Virus record (IMG/VR): IMGVR_UViG_3300009161_000021
DNA length: 64,000 nt
Source: a virus
Taxonomy: Duplodnaviria > Caudoviricetes
Reading direction: 5' to 3' (one strand)
Part shown: positions 1 through 8,700 of the stretch, piece by piece
How the letters are laid out: the number at the start of each line of letters is the position of its first letter
How positions within the stretch are numbered: position 1 is the first letter of the stretch
Notes under the pieces: generated by a model
Database searches by the model: none
What the model saw: the letters and a program-made list of their open reading frames with translations, nothing else
What the model was told of the DNA's origin: nothing
Made by a program: the position numbers and the translations under genes

Positions 1-1
1 T

Positions 2-703
2 GCCGCCCAAAGTGGGATTTCCGTTCACGAATCCGATTGAAACCCAATCAACATCGGATTTGGGACTATCTTTGATAGCATAGAAGAGCGTTACGTCCTG
101 ACCTGGTCGGCCGACGTAGTTGTAGAATAGATTCGATCCCGAAGTTCGGGCTGTGCACCAGGTTGTCTTGGGCTCCATCGTTGCCGGATCGTACTGAGCG
201 ATCTTACAGCTCTTCTCGCGAGTCGTGGGTAACCAAAGATTCCACGGTCCAACTTTGCCGACCCGGTCGCCCTCGATATCCTCAGCTTCATTGACCTCGA
301 TCCTCTGCTTCTTCATCTCCGAGAGACCGAGAATCAGCTCCATCTCGTCAACTGTCATTGTGGTAGGATCAGCGGGAGAGTTCCACGAGCGTGCGTCAGG
401 TGGGAATCGAGAATCTATAGCAGTCCTGAACTGCTCGTTTGCCTTGTACTTCTCACCGATCGCAGCGTCCCGTTTCGAGAAGTTTTTGATCGTGACAATC
501 GCATCCTCAAACGGATGGATCTCCTCAGTCTTGGGCCTCTCACCAAAACGAGCAGTCAACCAGCCGATCCACTTGGGTTGAAGGCGTGAGAGATCCTGGG
601 CATGATCCGGGTACTTCTCGGCGAGGTAGCGTTGGTCGTCCTTGAATCCCTCGAGGAGTACTGATTCGACAAGGACACGCAGTTTGAAACGGTTCAGCAT
701 CAT
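2..703 (-). CDS. Partial CDS (runs off window start); paralogue of the 722..2287 protein, sharing its N-terminal 'WCTART' domain
   Basis: Not in the ORF track because it has no stop inside the window. Manual translation from ATG at 703: MMLNRFKLRVLVESVLLEGFKDDQRYLAEKYPDHAQDLSRLQPKWIGWLTARFGE...KTTWCTARTSGSNLFYNYV..., which is collinear with the N-terminal half of 722..2287. Preceded by the ATACTTA motif at 709-715. Confidence 0.85.
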   Translation of the reverse strand, partial: MMLNRFKLRVLVESVLLEGFKDDQRYLAEKYPDHAQDLSRLQPKWIGWLTARFGERPKTEEIHPFEDAIVTIKNFSKRDAAIGEKYKANEQFRTAIDSRFPPDARSWNSPADPTTMTVDEMELILGLSEMKKQRIEVNEAEDIEGDRVGKVGPWNLWLPTTREKSCKIAQYDPATMEPKTTWCTARTSGSNLFYNYVGRPGQDVTLFYAIKDSPKSDVDWVSIGFVNGNPTLGG

Positions 704-708
704 GATCG

Positions 709-715
709 TAAGTAT
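709..715 (-). promoter_or_regulatory. Late-promoter-like motif ATACTTA, 5 nt upstream of ATG
   Basis: One of about 15 intergenic copies of ATANTTA. Confidence 0.55.
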
Positions 716-721
716 TTCGCT

Positions 722-2287
722 TCAGATCATCCGTCTGATGAGATTGCGGAGCCGGGACTCACTCATACCGCGCTTCCTTAACTCCTCACGAGCGGTCAGC
801 GCAACGCTTCCGTCCTTGTCGTTCGCGAGCTCACGTACGATGCTGATGTCGGTGCTTTTATTGTAAGCTACGGAGGCTCGAACGGTGGGGTTTTCGTCAT
901 TTGCGAGCTGGCGAATCAAGCTGGCGGGAGCGCCCCTATTCTGAGCGACTCCCAAACGAATGTAATAGTCAGAATTCTTAGCAAGATTCTGAAGCGTTTT
1001 AACGGGGGTCGATGGATTCTTACCGATAGCCTTGAGAAGATCCCTGTCAGTGCGGCCCAGTACCCTGTCAAAGAACGAAATATCTGCGAGTGAAGCTAGT
1101 GTCTCGGGCGGAGCGTGAGGGTTCATAACGACATATTGAACGACCTCCTTGTCCTTCGTGAGGCGCGTGAGTATCTCGGGAGGAGTCGACTCATTTTTCG
1201 CGATCCTCTGGCGCACATCGACGCTATCATCTCGGGAGAGCTTCTCGATGATGTCAACGGGAATGTCATTGTTCTGGGCGAGCATATGTCTCACCCGCCA
1301 CTCGGGATCATCAGCGAGGAGCTGGGCTATATCACTCGAGATACCGGGGGCTTTCGCGACCTGCTGCTTCAGGGAAGCAGCCTCCGTCTTCGATATACCC
1401 TGCATGATGTGATTGAAGCTCTGGGCATCGCGAGCAGCATCCCTGATCTTCTCCCGCGCAGGTGAGACCCCACCATGTGCTTCTACACGCCCTCGCAGGA
1501 TCTCCATGACACCATCGAAGTCCTCTCCGAGCATGCGCCTCAGACCCACCTCATTCATAGGATCATTCTCACCGTCGACCGTGGGATGCTCTCCCGGGAT
1601 ACCCTCATACTCCACTGTCCCGCTATCATTCAAGGCTATCGAGACCCACTTCCGTCGGGTGGGAACGTTCCCCTGGTGAACGAGAGTGAACATGCTGTAC
1701 AGGGCGACGTAGTTGTAGAAGAGATTCGAGGCGTCGGTCCGAGCCGTGCACCAGTCGGTGTTGGGCTTTCCAGATTCCTTGTTGAGGCCCACAATGTTGC
1801 AGCTGTTCTCACGGCTGGAAGCCTCGTAGATCTCCCAAGGACCGACCCGACCGATCTTATCGCCCTCAATGCTCTGCGATCTATCGACCTCGATGCGAGG
1901 TTTCTTGAGCTTCGAAAGCTTGACGAGCCCTAGCATGTCAACGACAGTCATGTTCGTCGGGTCGGAGGGGGATGACCACTGCCTGTCCGGAAAAGCAGCG
2001 TCGACCTGTCCCCGCCACCAATCGTTGGTGCGGTACTTCTCACCCATCGCAGAATCGAGCGGAGCGTAGGACTTGATAGCTTCGAGAGCTTTCTCAAAGG
2101 TAGCGCTCTCGGAACTCGTCGGATTCTCACCGAATCGAGCGGTGAGCCACGCAATCCACTTGGGCTGAAGCTTCGAGAGCTCAGCCGAGTGATCCGGGTA
2201 CTTTTCGATCAGGTAGCGCTGATCGATCTTGTAGCTCTCGAGCAGGACTGATTCGATGAGAGCTCGCAGGTAGGGCTTGGAAATCAT
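722..2287 (-). CDS. Two-domain protein: N-terminal 'WCTART' domain plus C-terminal leucine-rich-variant (LRV)/HEAT-like repeats
   Basis: 521 aa. The C-terminal third has ~24-aa repeats such as LADDPEWRVRHMLAQN, LSRDDSVDVRQRIAKN, LAKNSDYYIRLGVAQN, LANDENPTVRASVAYN. Confidence 0.75.
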   Translation of the reverse strand: MISKPYLRALIESVLLESYKIDQRYLIEKYPDHSAELSKLQPKWIAWLTARFGENPTSSESATFEKALEAIKSYAPLDSAMGEKYRTNDWWRGQVDAAFPDRQWSSPSDPTNMTVVDMLGLVKLSKLKKPRIEVDRSQSIEGDKIGRVGPWEIYEASSRENSCNIVGLNKESGKPNTDWCTARTDASNLFYNYVALYSMFTLVHQGNVPTRRKWVSIALNDSGTVEYEGIPGEHPTVDGENDPMNEVGLRRMLGEDFDGVMEILRGRVEAHGGVSPAREKIRDAARDAQSFNHIMQGISKTEAASLKQQVAKAPGISSDIAQLLADDPEWRVRHMLAQNNDIPVDIIEKLSRDDSVDVRQRIAKNESTPPEILTRLTKDKEVVQYVVMNPHAPPETLASLADISFFDRVLGRTDRDLLKAIGKNPSTPVKTLQNLAKNSDYYIRLGVAQNRGAPASLIRQLANDENPTVRASVAYNKSTDISIVRELANDKDGSVALTAREELRKRGMSESRLRNLIRRMI

Positions 2288-2291
2288 CTCC

Positions 2292-2717
2292 CTAACTATT
2301 TCCGTCGCCGAGCGTTTTCCTCAGGTGCTCGTGATAATCGTTGAGAGCGTGATCGTTCGGTTGCACCGCGCGCCAGTCGCCGAGAATGAAGATGCGGTAA
2401 GCATCGTCCCCGTACTTACCGATACCGTGCAGGTCCTTCGCCTGCTTCCAGCCGCCCGCAGCGTACTCAGCGGACATCCGCTTGAGGGTCTGCGTGCGCT
2501 TCCGTTGCATGCCGAGGGACTTGATGAGGTCCTCGAGATCGGCGTCGGGAGCCGACGCAAGCGCGCCCGGAGTGGGCCAGCGTTGGAACATCTCCTCGAC
2601 AACCGGCTCCATCTGAGCGCGCTTCGTTAGGTTTAGGCACAGGCAGCAGACAAGGATCTTCCATCCATCTGGCCAATACTTTTCCTGAATGAGACCGAAC
2701 TTAGGAGGTGTCCACAT
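2292..2717 (-). CDS. MBD4-like HhH-GPD DNA glycosylase (G:T/G:U mismatch glycosylase catalytic domain only)
   Basis: 141 aa. WTPPKFGLIQE, WKILVCCLCLNLT, LGMQRKR, the HhH motif LHGIGKYGDDAYRIF and the catalytic Asp region VQPNDHALNDYH match the MBD4 glycosylase domain pattern. Confidence 0.85.
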   Translation of the reverse strand: MWTPPKFGLIQEKYWPDGWKILVCCLCLNLTKRAQMEPVVEEMFQRWPTPGALASAPDADLEDLIKSLGMQRKRTQTLKRMSAEYAAGGWKQAKDLHGIGKYGDDAYRIFILGDWRAVQPNDHALNDYHEHLRKTLGDGNS

Positions 2718-2756
2718 ACCATTATTTTACGTGGGCACCTTTACTTTACAAGCCGA

Positions 2757-3134
2757 TCAGCCTACGCCGTTAAATCCGCTTGAACCGGTGACAATCTGGA
2801 AGTTGTTCGTCGGAATGCTCGTGAGACCACCGAGCACCACGAAAGGTATCGATGCTGCAGTGGAGCTTGAGAGGAAGAGTCGATCGACACGAAGCTCAGC
2901 AGTGTAGCTGCTTCCCGACGGAACAACAAAAAAGTTATTTCCCTGAACTCCAAGCTGCGTGAATCCAACCCTTAGCTCGAGAGCGCTTCGATTCTGGACG
3001 GTAAAAAACCTCGTCACGAAGGGAAAGTAAACTGCAGCTGTCGAAGTAACGGACGATGACGTCACGAAGGGCGTGCCTGAGACCTGATACGCTGGGACGA
3101 ATCCCTCACTCATCACTGGATTGTTATAGCTCAT
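2757..3134 (-). CDS. Hypothetical protein, beta-rich, possibly a virion component
   Basis: 125-aa ORF with a GGAG SD and an ATACTTA motif upstream; fills the gap between flanking genes. Confidence 0.6.
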   Translation of the reverse strand: MSYNNPVMSEGFVPAYQVSGTPFVTSSSVTSTAAVYFPFVTRFFTVQNRSALELRVGFTQLGVQGNNFFVVPSGSSYTAELRVDRLFLSSSTAASIPFVVLGGLTSIPTNNFQIVTGSSGFNGVG

Positions 3135-3178
3135 TTCTTTTTGCTCTCCGGTTAAGTATTACGTCAGAGAGCAATTGA

Positions 3179-3847
3179 CTAGTACGGTGGATGAAAAGCT
3201 TCCTTCACATCGTCACTGAAACCGAACGCTTCGATCGTGTGGTGGAACGGACTTCCGGGAATATCATGCACGAGATGCAGCATCTTTTGAGCAAGCTCAC
3301 GTACCTCGAGCTGCGCGTCCTGCTTCATCCGAAGGCCGAGAAAGTGATTGAAAGAACGCCAGTTGAACATGAGATCCATTGTCACCTGATTACCGTAGGG
3401 CAGGTAGAATCGGGCGGACTCCTTAGCTCGCTTGCGATCCATACCACACTCGACAAGACGCTCGAGAGTCTCGTGGTAGCGCATGACAGCGTCCTCCATG
3501 AAAGCGATGTACTTCGCCTTCTCAATCATAGGCCAATCGTTTGGAACGACGTACTTGTCATCCTTCAGCTCCTTGTAGCGAGCTGACTCAGCGTTGATCG
3601 AAACTCCGATACGATGCTTTAGAAGGTGGATGTGAGTCGCCGTGTCAACGGTAACGAGAAAATGCAGCGAACTCTTCTCGAAAGGAGTCTCATGACCATT
3701 CTCAGCCAGCATCTTCAGGAGGGCTGGAACCCGCTTTCTCTTCTCCTCTGTGAGATCCCGACTCGTGCTCGTCCACGCTGAGAGAGCGTGCGCTTCGTCC
3801 CCACCGTACCAACCGACCAGCTCCACCCTGTTGTCCTGAAACGGCAT
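3179..3847 (-). CDS. thyX: FAD-dependent thymidylate synthase ThyX
   Basis: GHETPFE motif and ThyX signature variant KHRIGVSINAESARY; also ESARFYLP, NWRSFNHFLGLR and AQLEVR. Confidence 0.92.
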   Translation of the reverse strand: MPFQDNRVELVGWYGGDEAHALSAWTSTSRDLTEEKRKRVPALLKMLAENGHETPFEKSSLHFLVTVDTATHIHLLKHRIGVSINAESARYKELKDDKYVVPNDWPMIEKAKYIAFMEDAVMRYHETLERLVECGMDRKRAKESARFYLPYGNQVTMDLMFNWRSFNHFLGLRMKQDAQLEVRELAQKMLHLVHDIPGSPFHHTIEAFGFSDDVKEAFHPPY

Positions 3848-4052
3848 TTCTCAAACTGCTCCTAATGTGTTTATCCCAAATGATCTCAAAAAACCACTGA
3901 AGGAGAGTCAGCGTGGTCCCTGTGATGAGGACGATCCCGGCAGACTCTCCCGCGCTTCCAGTGAAAAAGTAAGCTATCGAGAAACCGTAGCACATGGAGA
4001 AAGCTCTCCAAGCTACGACTTTAGCGAGCAGCTCTACTTTTGCTGATCTCAA
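3702..4052 (-). CDS. Small membrane protein, DUF2061-like
   Basis: KVVAWRAFS...AYFFTGS...FFEIIWD pattern with two hydrophobic segments. TTG start overlaps the glutamine synthetase stop (TTGA) with a GAGG SD. The 3' end overlaps thyX by 146 nt. Confidence 0.5.
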   Translation of the reverse strand: MRSAKVELLAKVVAWRAFSMCYGFSIAYFFTGSAGESAGIVLITGTTLTLLQWFFEIIWDKHIRSSLRNAVSGQQGGAGRLVRWGRSARSLSVDEHESGSHRGEEKAGSSPPEDAG

Positions 4053-5083
4053 ATTACCTCACAGATCGTCTCAAGTAAAAGTCGGGTTACAACGTACGGA
4101 TCAACATTCGCGCAGGGTCGACGATCCTCGAGGTATCCGCAACCGTTCTGAGCAACGTGAAGTGGGATGCGAATGGAAGCGCCTCGATCGCTCACTCCCC
4201 AGCGAAAATCCTTGTAGGAACAGGTCTCGTGATGTCCCGTGAGTCGCTGCTCGATGCCATGACCGTAGTTCGTGATGTGCCAGCTATGGGAGCGGCGGAG
4301 ACGCTCGCACGCTGCTTCGATGTGATCCATGCCTCCCTTCTCCCGCATTTTCCGGGTCGAGAAGTTCGTGTGAGCACCAGCACCGTTGAGCTCCGCGACA
4401 GGCTTCGGGTCGAGTTTCGCAACGACGCCATGCTTCTCACCGATTCGATAGAGGAGCCATCGCGCGAAGATGAGATGGTCAGCGACCGTGATAGCGTCGG
4501 CAGTCCCGATCTGGAATTCCCATTGCCCGGGCATCACCTCGGCATTGACACCGCAGATAGCGAGACGAGAATCAAGGCAGGCAGCCATGTGTTCCTCAAC
4601 GAGCTCACGACCGAAGACCTCATCCGAGCCAACGCCGCAGTAGAAGGGTCCCTGCTGGGGTGGGTAACCACCTGTCGGCCAACCGAGGGGCTTGCCGTCC
4701 TTGAAGAGAGTGTACTCCTGCTCGATTCCGAAGAGAGGCTCGTGATCGAGCGTCTTCGTGACAACGTCACGTAGTCCTACGCGAGTGTTCGTAGCGTGTG
4801 GAGTTCCGTCGGAGTTGAACACCTCACACAGAACCAGGATGTGAATCCGCTCGTGATTCTTCTCCCGGGTAGGATCGAAGATCATACTCACGGGAACCAG
4901 AATGCAATCGCTTCGATCTCCCGTTGCCTGACCCGTAGACGACCCATCGAATGTCCACTGAGGAATGTCAGCTATCGTTAGGCTCTTCCCGCTCGCAGGC
5001 GTCTGAAAGATCTTCGTCTTGCTTCGGAGCTTGTGAGTGGGCAGGGTACCATCCTGCCAGATGTATTCGGCTACGATATTCAT
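4049..5083 (-). CDS. glnII: Glutamine synthetase, type II (GSII-like)
   Basis: 344 aa; AEYIWQDG, LRSKTK, WTFDGSSTGQA, FGIEQEY, EVMPGQWEFQIG, GAGAHTNFS, RLTGHHET, DRGASIRIP, GYLEDRRP motifs. Confidence 0.93.
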   Translation of the reverse strand: MNIVAEYIWQDGTLPTHKLRSKTKIFQTPASGKSLTIADIPQWTFDGSSTGQATGDRSDCILVPVSMIFDPTREKNHERIHILVLCEVFNSDGTPHATNTRVGLRDVVTKTLDHEPLFGIEQEYTLFKDGKPLGWPTGGYPPQQGPFYCGVGSDEVFGRELVEEHMAACLDSRLAICGVNAEVMPGQWEFQIGTADAITVADHLIFARWLLYRIGEKHGVVAKLDPKPVAELNGAGAHTNFSTRKMREKGGMDHIEAACERLRRSHSWHITNYGHGIEQRLTGHHETCSYKDFRWGVSDRGASIRIPLHVAQNGCGYLEDRRPCANVDPYVVTRLLLETICEVI

Positions 5084-5085
5084 GA

Positions 5086-5688
5086 TTAGTCCAGAGTGTA
5101 CTTGAGATCGATCTTGCAGGTGAGAGTCGGCACCCTGAGTTCGTTCGCGATGTTGTGACTCTTCGCTTCCTGAGCGTCAAGGTACCAGTCAGCGTGACCA
5201 CGCTCATGGACAAGCTTCAGGAAGTAGTCGGACGGCTTGCCGCAGTTGCGTGCCATCATCTCGTAGACCTTCTTGTTGAGTCGATCGACTTCCTTCGCGT
5301 CAGCCTTGATCTCTTCGACCTTCCCGAAAGCACCGCTCGAAACATCGTGAACCATGAGCGTAGCATCCGGATCCATGTATCGCATGCCCTCGGCTCCGAA
5401 GGAGAAGAGGAGCGCTCCGCAGCTCATCGCCTTACCCTCTACGATCGTAGCGACCGGGATACGCGATCCCTTGATGGCTCCGATCATAGTCATGAGAGCG
5501 TAGACCTGACCTCCGTAGCTATCGATCACCACGGGGATGACCGACTGACCCGTGTTCTGGGCTCGACTCATGAGATCCGCAAACTCCTTTGCGGAGTCCT
5601 CGTCGAACTTATTGACCCGGATGATGATCGGGTCGACCTTGAGTTCGAATGCCTTGATATGATTGGAAACGTCCGCGATGAAATTCAC
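5086..5688 (-). CDS. clpP: ClpP-family ATP-dependent protease proteolytic subunit
   Basis: IDSYGGQVY, catalytic Ser in GKAMSCGA, His in LMVHD, DWYLDAQEA. The likely start is GTG at 5688; the track ORF extends to 5847 and overlaps nrdJ. Confidence 0.85.
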   Translation of the reverse strand: MNFIADVSNHIKAFELKVDPIIIRVNKFDEDSAKEFADLMSRAQNTGQSVIPVVIDSYGGQVYALMTMIGAIKGSRIPVATIVEGKAMSCGALLFSFGAEGMRYMDPDATLMVHDVSSGAFGKVEEIKADAKEVDRLNKKVYEMMARNCGKPSDYFLKLVHERGHADWYLDAQEAKSHNIANELRVPTLTCKIDLKYTLD

Positions 5689-5737
5689 TGCATACCCCGT
5701 TTGTGTTAGGTTTCGGATTACTTCTTCGAGTTCTTCT

Positions 5738-8700
5738 TCACTTGCACTTGCTGTGACCGCACGACTTGCAAGAGAGGCACCCCTCTTGATAGACGAGCTC
5801 GGGATTGCCGCATTCAGGGCACCCTTTTTCAGTTGATTTAGTACCATCCTTGATGTATCCCTTGAGTACCCGGGAGATTACCCTGGCGAATGAAAACATA
5901 TGACTATTCTTATCCTTTTGCAACTGTTCCACAACATAGTGGAGTGGCACCCCGTGTCTAAGAGCTAGAGAGATTGTCCTTGTGAAAGCACCCTGCGTCG
6001 GGTTGTCGAATAGGTTGATGATGTCCTTGAAGACGAGGTTGTCATCGTCGCCAACCGGAACCTGCAGGTTATAGGTTGTGACGCCATCCCGCTTTCCGTT
6101 CTTGACCAGCGTACCTGTTCTATACTTCTTCGGAATCTCGATATTTTCAGGAATTCCGCAAAATACTTCATACGGCTTGTCATCGGAAAGTCCCACAAGA
6201 ACGAGCCACGACTCGGACGTGTCACCGTTCCTGACGTTTGCGCGGTGGATGTCACACTGAAGGTTCTTTGGACGCTTCGGAATGAGTCGACCGTCCTCGA
6301 GCTTCTTCGTCTCCTTCTTGGGCTCATCGGTGGCGACGAGAACGCCGGTTCGGCACCCATCGCGGTAGACCGTGAAGCCCTTACACCCCGTCTTCCAAGC
6401 TTTCATATAGACTGCGTTGACAGTCTCCTTGGTGGCGCTGTTAGGAAGGTTGCAGGTCTTGCTGATGCTGTGGTCGACCCACTGCTGAGCTGCAGCCTGG
6501 ATATCGACGGACTTCTCCCAATCGATATCATTGGCAGTCGCGCCCCAGTACGGGCTCTCCTGCGGATCGGTCTTTCCGGTGACGTCCATCCACTTCTTGA
6601 ACCAGTGGTGATAGACCGTGTATTCTTGCCAGCGGTCTCCCATCGGGTCAGTGTAATCATGACGTGAGGTGAGATCACCCTGCGTGATCTTACGACGACG
6701 CTTGTACGAGAGCATGAAAGCGGGCTCAATTCCGGATGTCGTTCGTGTGAGACAGGAGACTGATCCGACTGGTGCGGTGGTCGTAAGGGCGATATTGCGT
6801 CGACCGGTCTTTCTCCACTGATCCTGAGTCGCAGTGCCGCAGGCATTCATAACCCGGTTGAGGTACGGGTGATCCTTCTCCTTGTTATAGTCGAAGACAG
6901 GGAACGCGCCACGCTCGACGGCGAGCTGGCAGGACGACTTGTGGGCTCCCATCGCAAGGTGCTGGTAGATGGCAGCGGTCATCTCGACAGAGAGTTGCGA
7001 ACCGTAGCGAACGTTTAGAGCGGCAAGCGCATCACCAAGACCAGTGATGCCGAGACCCGTCCGTCGACCGTTACGACCGGCAGCCCTGATCTTGTGCCAG
7101 AGATCCCATTCGATCTGCTTCACGTGCTGGGGCTGCGGGTCCTTCTCGATCTTCTCGAGGATCCGGTCCACGCATTCGATCTCGAGATCGACAAGGTCGT
7201 CCATCAGGCGTTGCGCTTTCATGACAACCGTATTGAATCGCTCGAAGTCAAATGTGGGACTTTCACCAAAAGGTCCCTTCACAAACGATGTAAGGTTAAT
7301 GACCATGAGACGACAGGAGTCGTAAGGGCTAAGCGGGATCTCACCACAATTTTTCACACAGATACCAGAAGATTCTATAAACTTGTCATCTGAATTTGAA
7401 GTAATCACAAAATAGTTATGGTTATCATCAACAGTGATGTTATAGACATCTTCAAAGCCGACGAATTCCACAGAGGTGACCTTGTGGTTTCCAATGACAC
7501 AGCTCTTGAAGTTGCTAAAGTTTTCAAATCTAAACTCATTAGAGATGTGTACTGGCGCACCGATGGACTTGGCATGTGATGTCCATGACCGCTTGGTGAT
7601 CTTTCCATCGCGTGCGTAGATCTTCTGGCCCTCAGAAATTAGATCTTCATTCGTGAAGCCGCTGAACCTTCCGTTGGTTTCTCCTGGATGAGATGCGAAG
7701 CTATGTTTCCACTCATCGTCCATCCGATGATAGGGATTGTTTTCCCCTCTCATTTTGGAGGCATGAAGCTCGCGATGGTCTTCGTGAAGAAGAACGGACA
7801 GGTTTTCGATTCGATCGTTGTAGCTGTCAAAATCCAAGTGATGGATTGCGTGAGTTTTCGCGTCAACTGGTCCGTCAAAGAACTCGTGAATGAGACGATA
7901 CTGCCGTCTATTCCTGAAGCCGTCTCCCTTGAGCTTCTCTCCCGTATTACAGATCTGTCTGTATCCGTTTGAATCGAAGGAGTTGAATGGAACGATGCTA
8001 TCACCAGACTTCAGCTCGGAGAGAGGAACATACACGAGATCCTTACGGAGAATCTTGTGATCTGGGGTGGCGCGAAGAGACGATCCATCATCCAGTGTTA
8101 GCTTCCAGACCTCTCTCTTTTCCCCGGTGAGACGGGGATTTCTGCCCATCTTTATAACAGTCCGTCCCGTCTTGATGTCTGTAGAATAGACCGTAACGTC
8201 ACGACCCTCTTGCGTAAGTTGTGCAATGCTTATTGCATTTCGTCCATCTGCGACCGCGATTAGGGAATCTCCCGTGATGCAAGGATTCGTCGAGATTGTC
8301 TTGTATCCGACATCTCGATAGCAGTCCACAATACCCTGATTGACGATTGTGTCCCAGAAGAGAGCGCCTGGTTCTGCAGAGGACCACGCAGCATCCACGA
8401 ACTTGTCCCAGACCTGCTTCGCATTGACGACCTTGCAGATCTCTGCGTCGAGCGGATGCGCCTCGACAGGCCAGCGGAGCGTGAAATCAGACCCGCTCTC
8501 GACCGCCTGCATGAACTCGTCCGTGAAACGGATGCTGATATTCGCGCCCGTGACCTTCTTCAGGTCGCGCTTGATATCGATGAAGGTCTCAATCTCTGGA
8601 TGACGACAGTCGATCGTGAGCATGAGTGCACCGCGACGACCGCCCTGAGCGACCTCTCGGCAGGAGTTCGAGAACCTCTCCATGAAGACGCCGATGCCGT

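Noticed and set aside
2292-5083. Eukaryotic giant virus (NCLDV) origin suggested by the MBD4-like and GSII genes
   Set aside because: Shine-Dalgarno sites, coupled operons and T4-like head and tail genes indicate a bacteriophage.
5689-5847. N-terminal extension of ClpP in the ORF track
   Set aside because: Overlaps the nrdJ 3' end and does not resemble ClpP; a GTG start at 5688 fits better.
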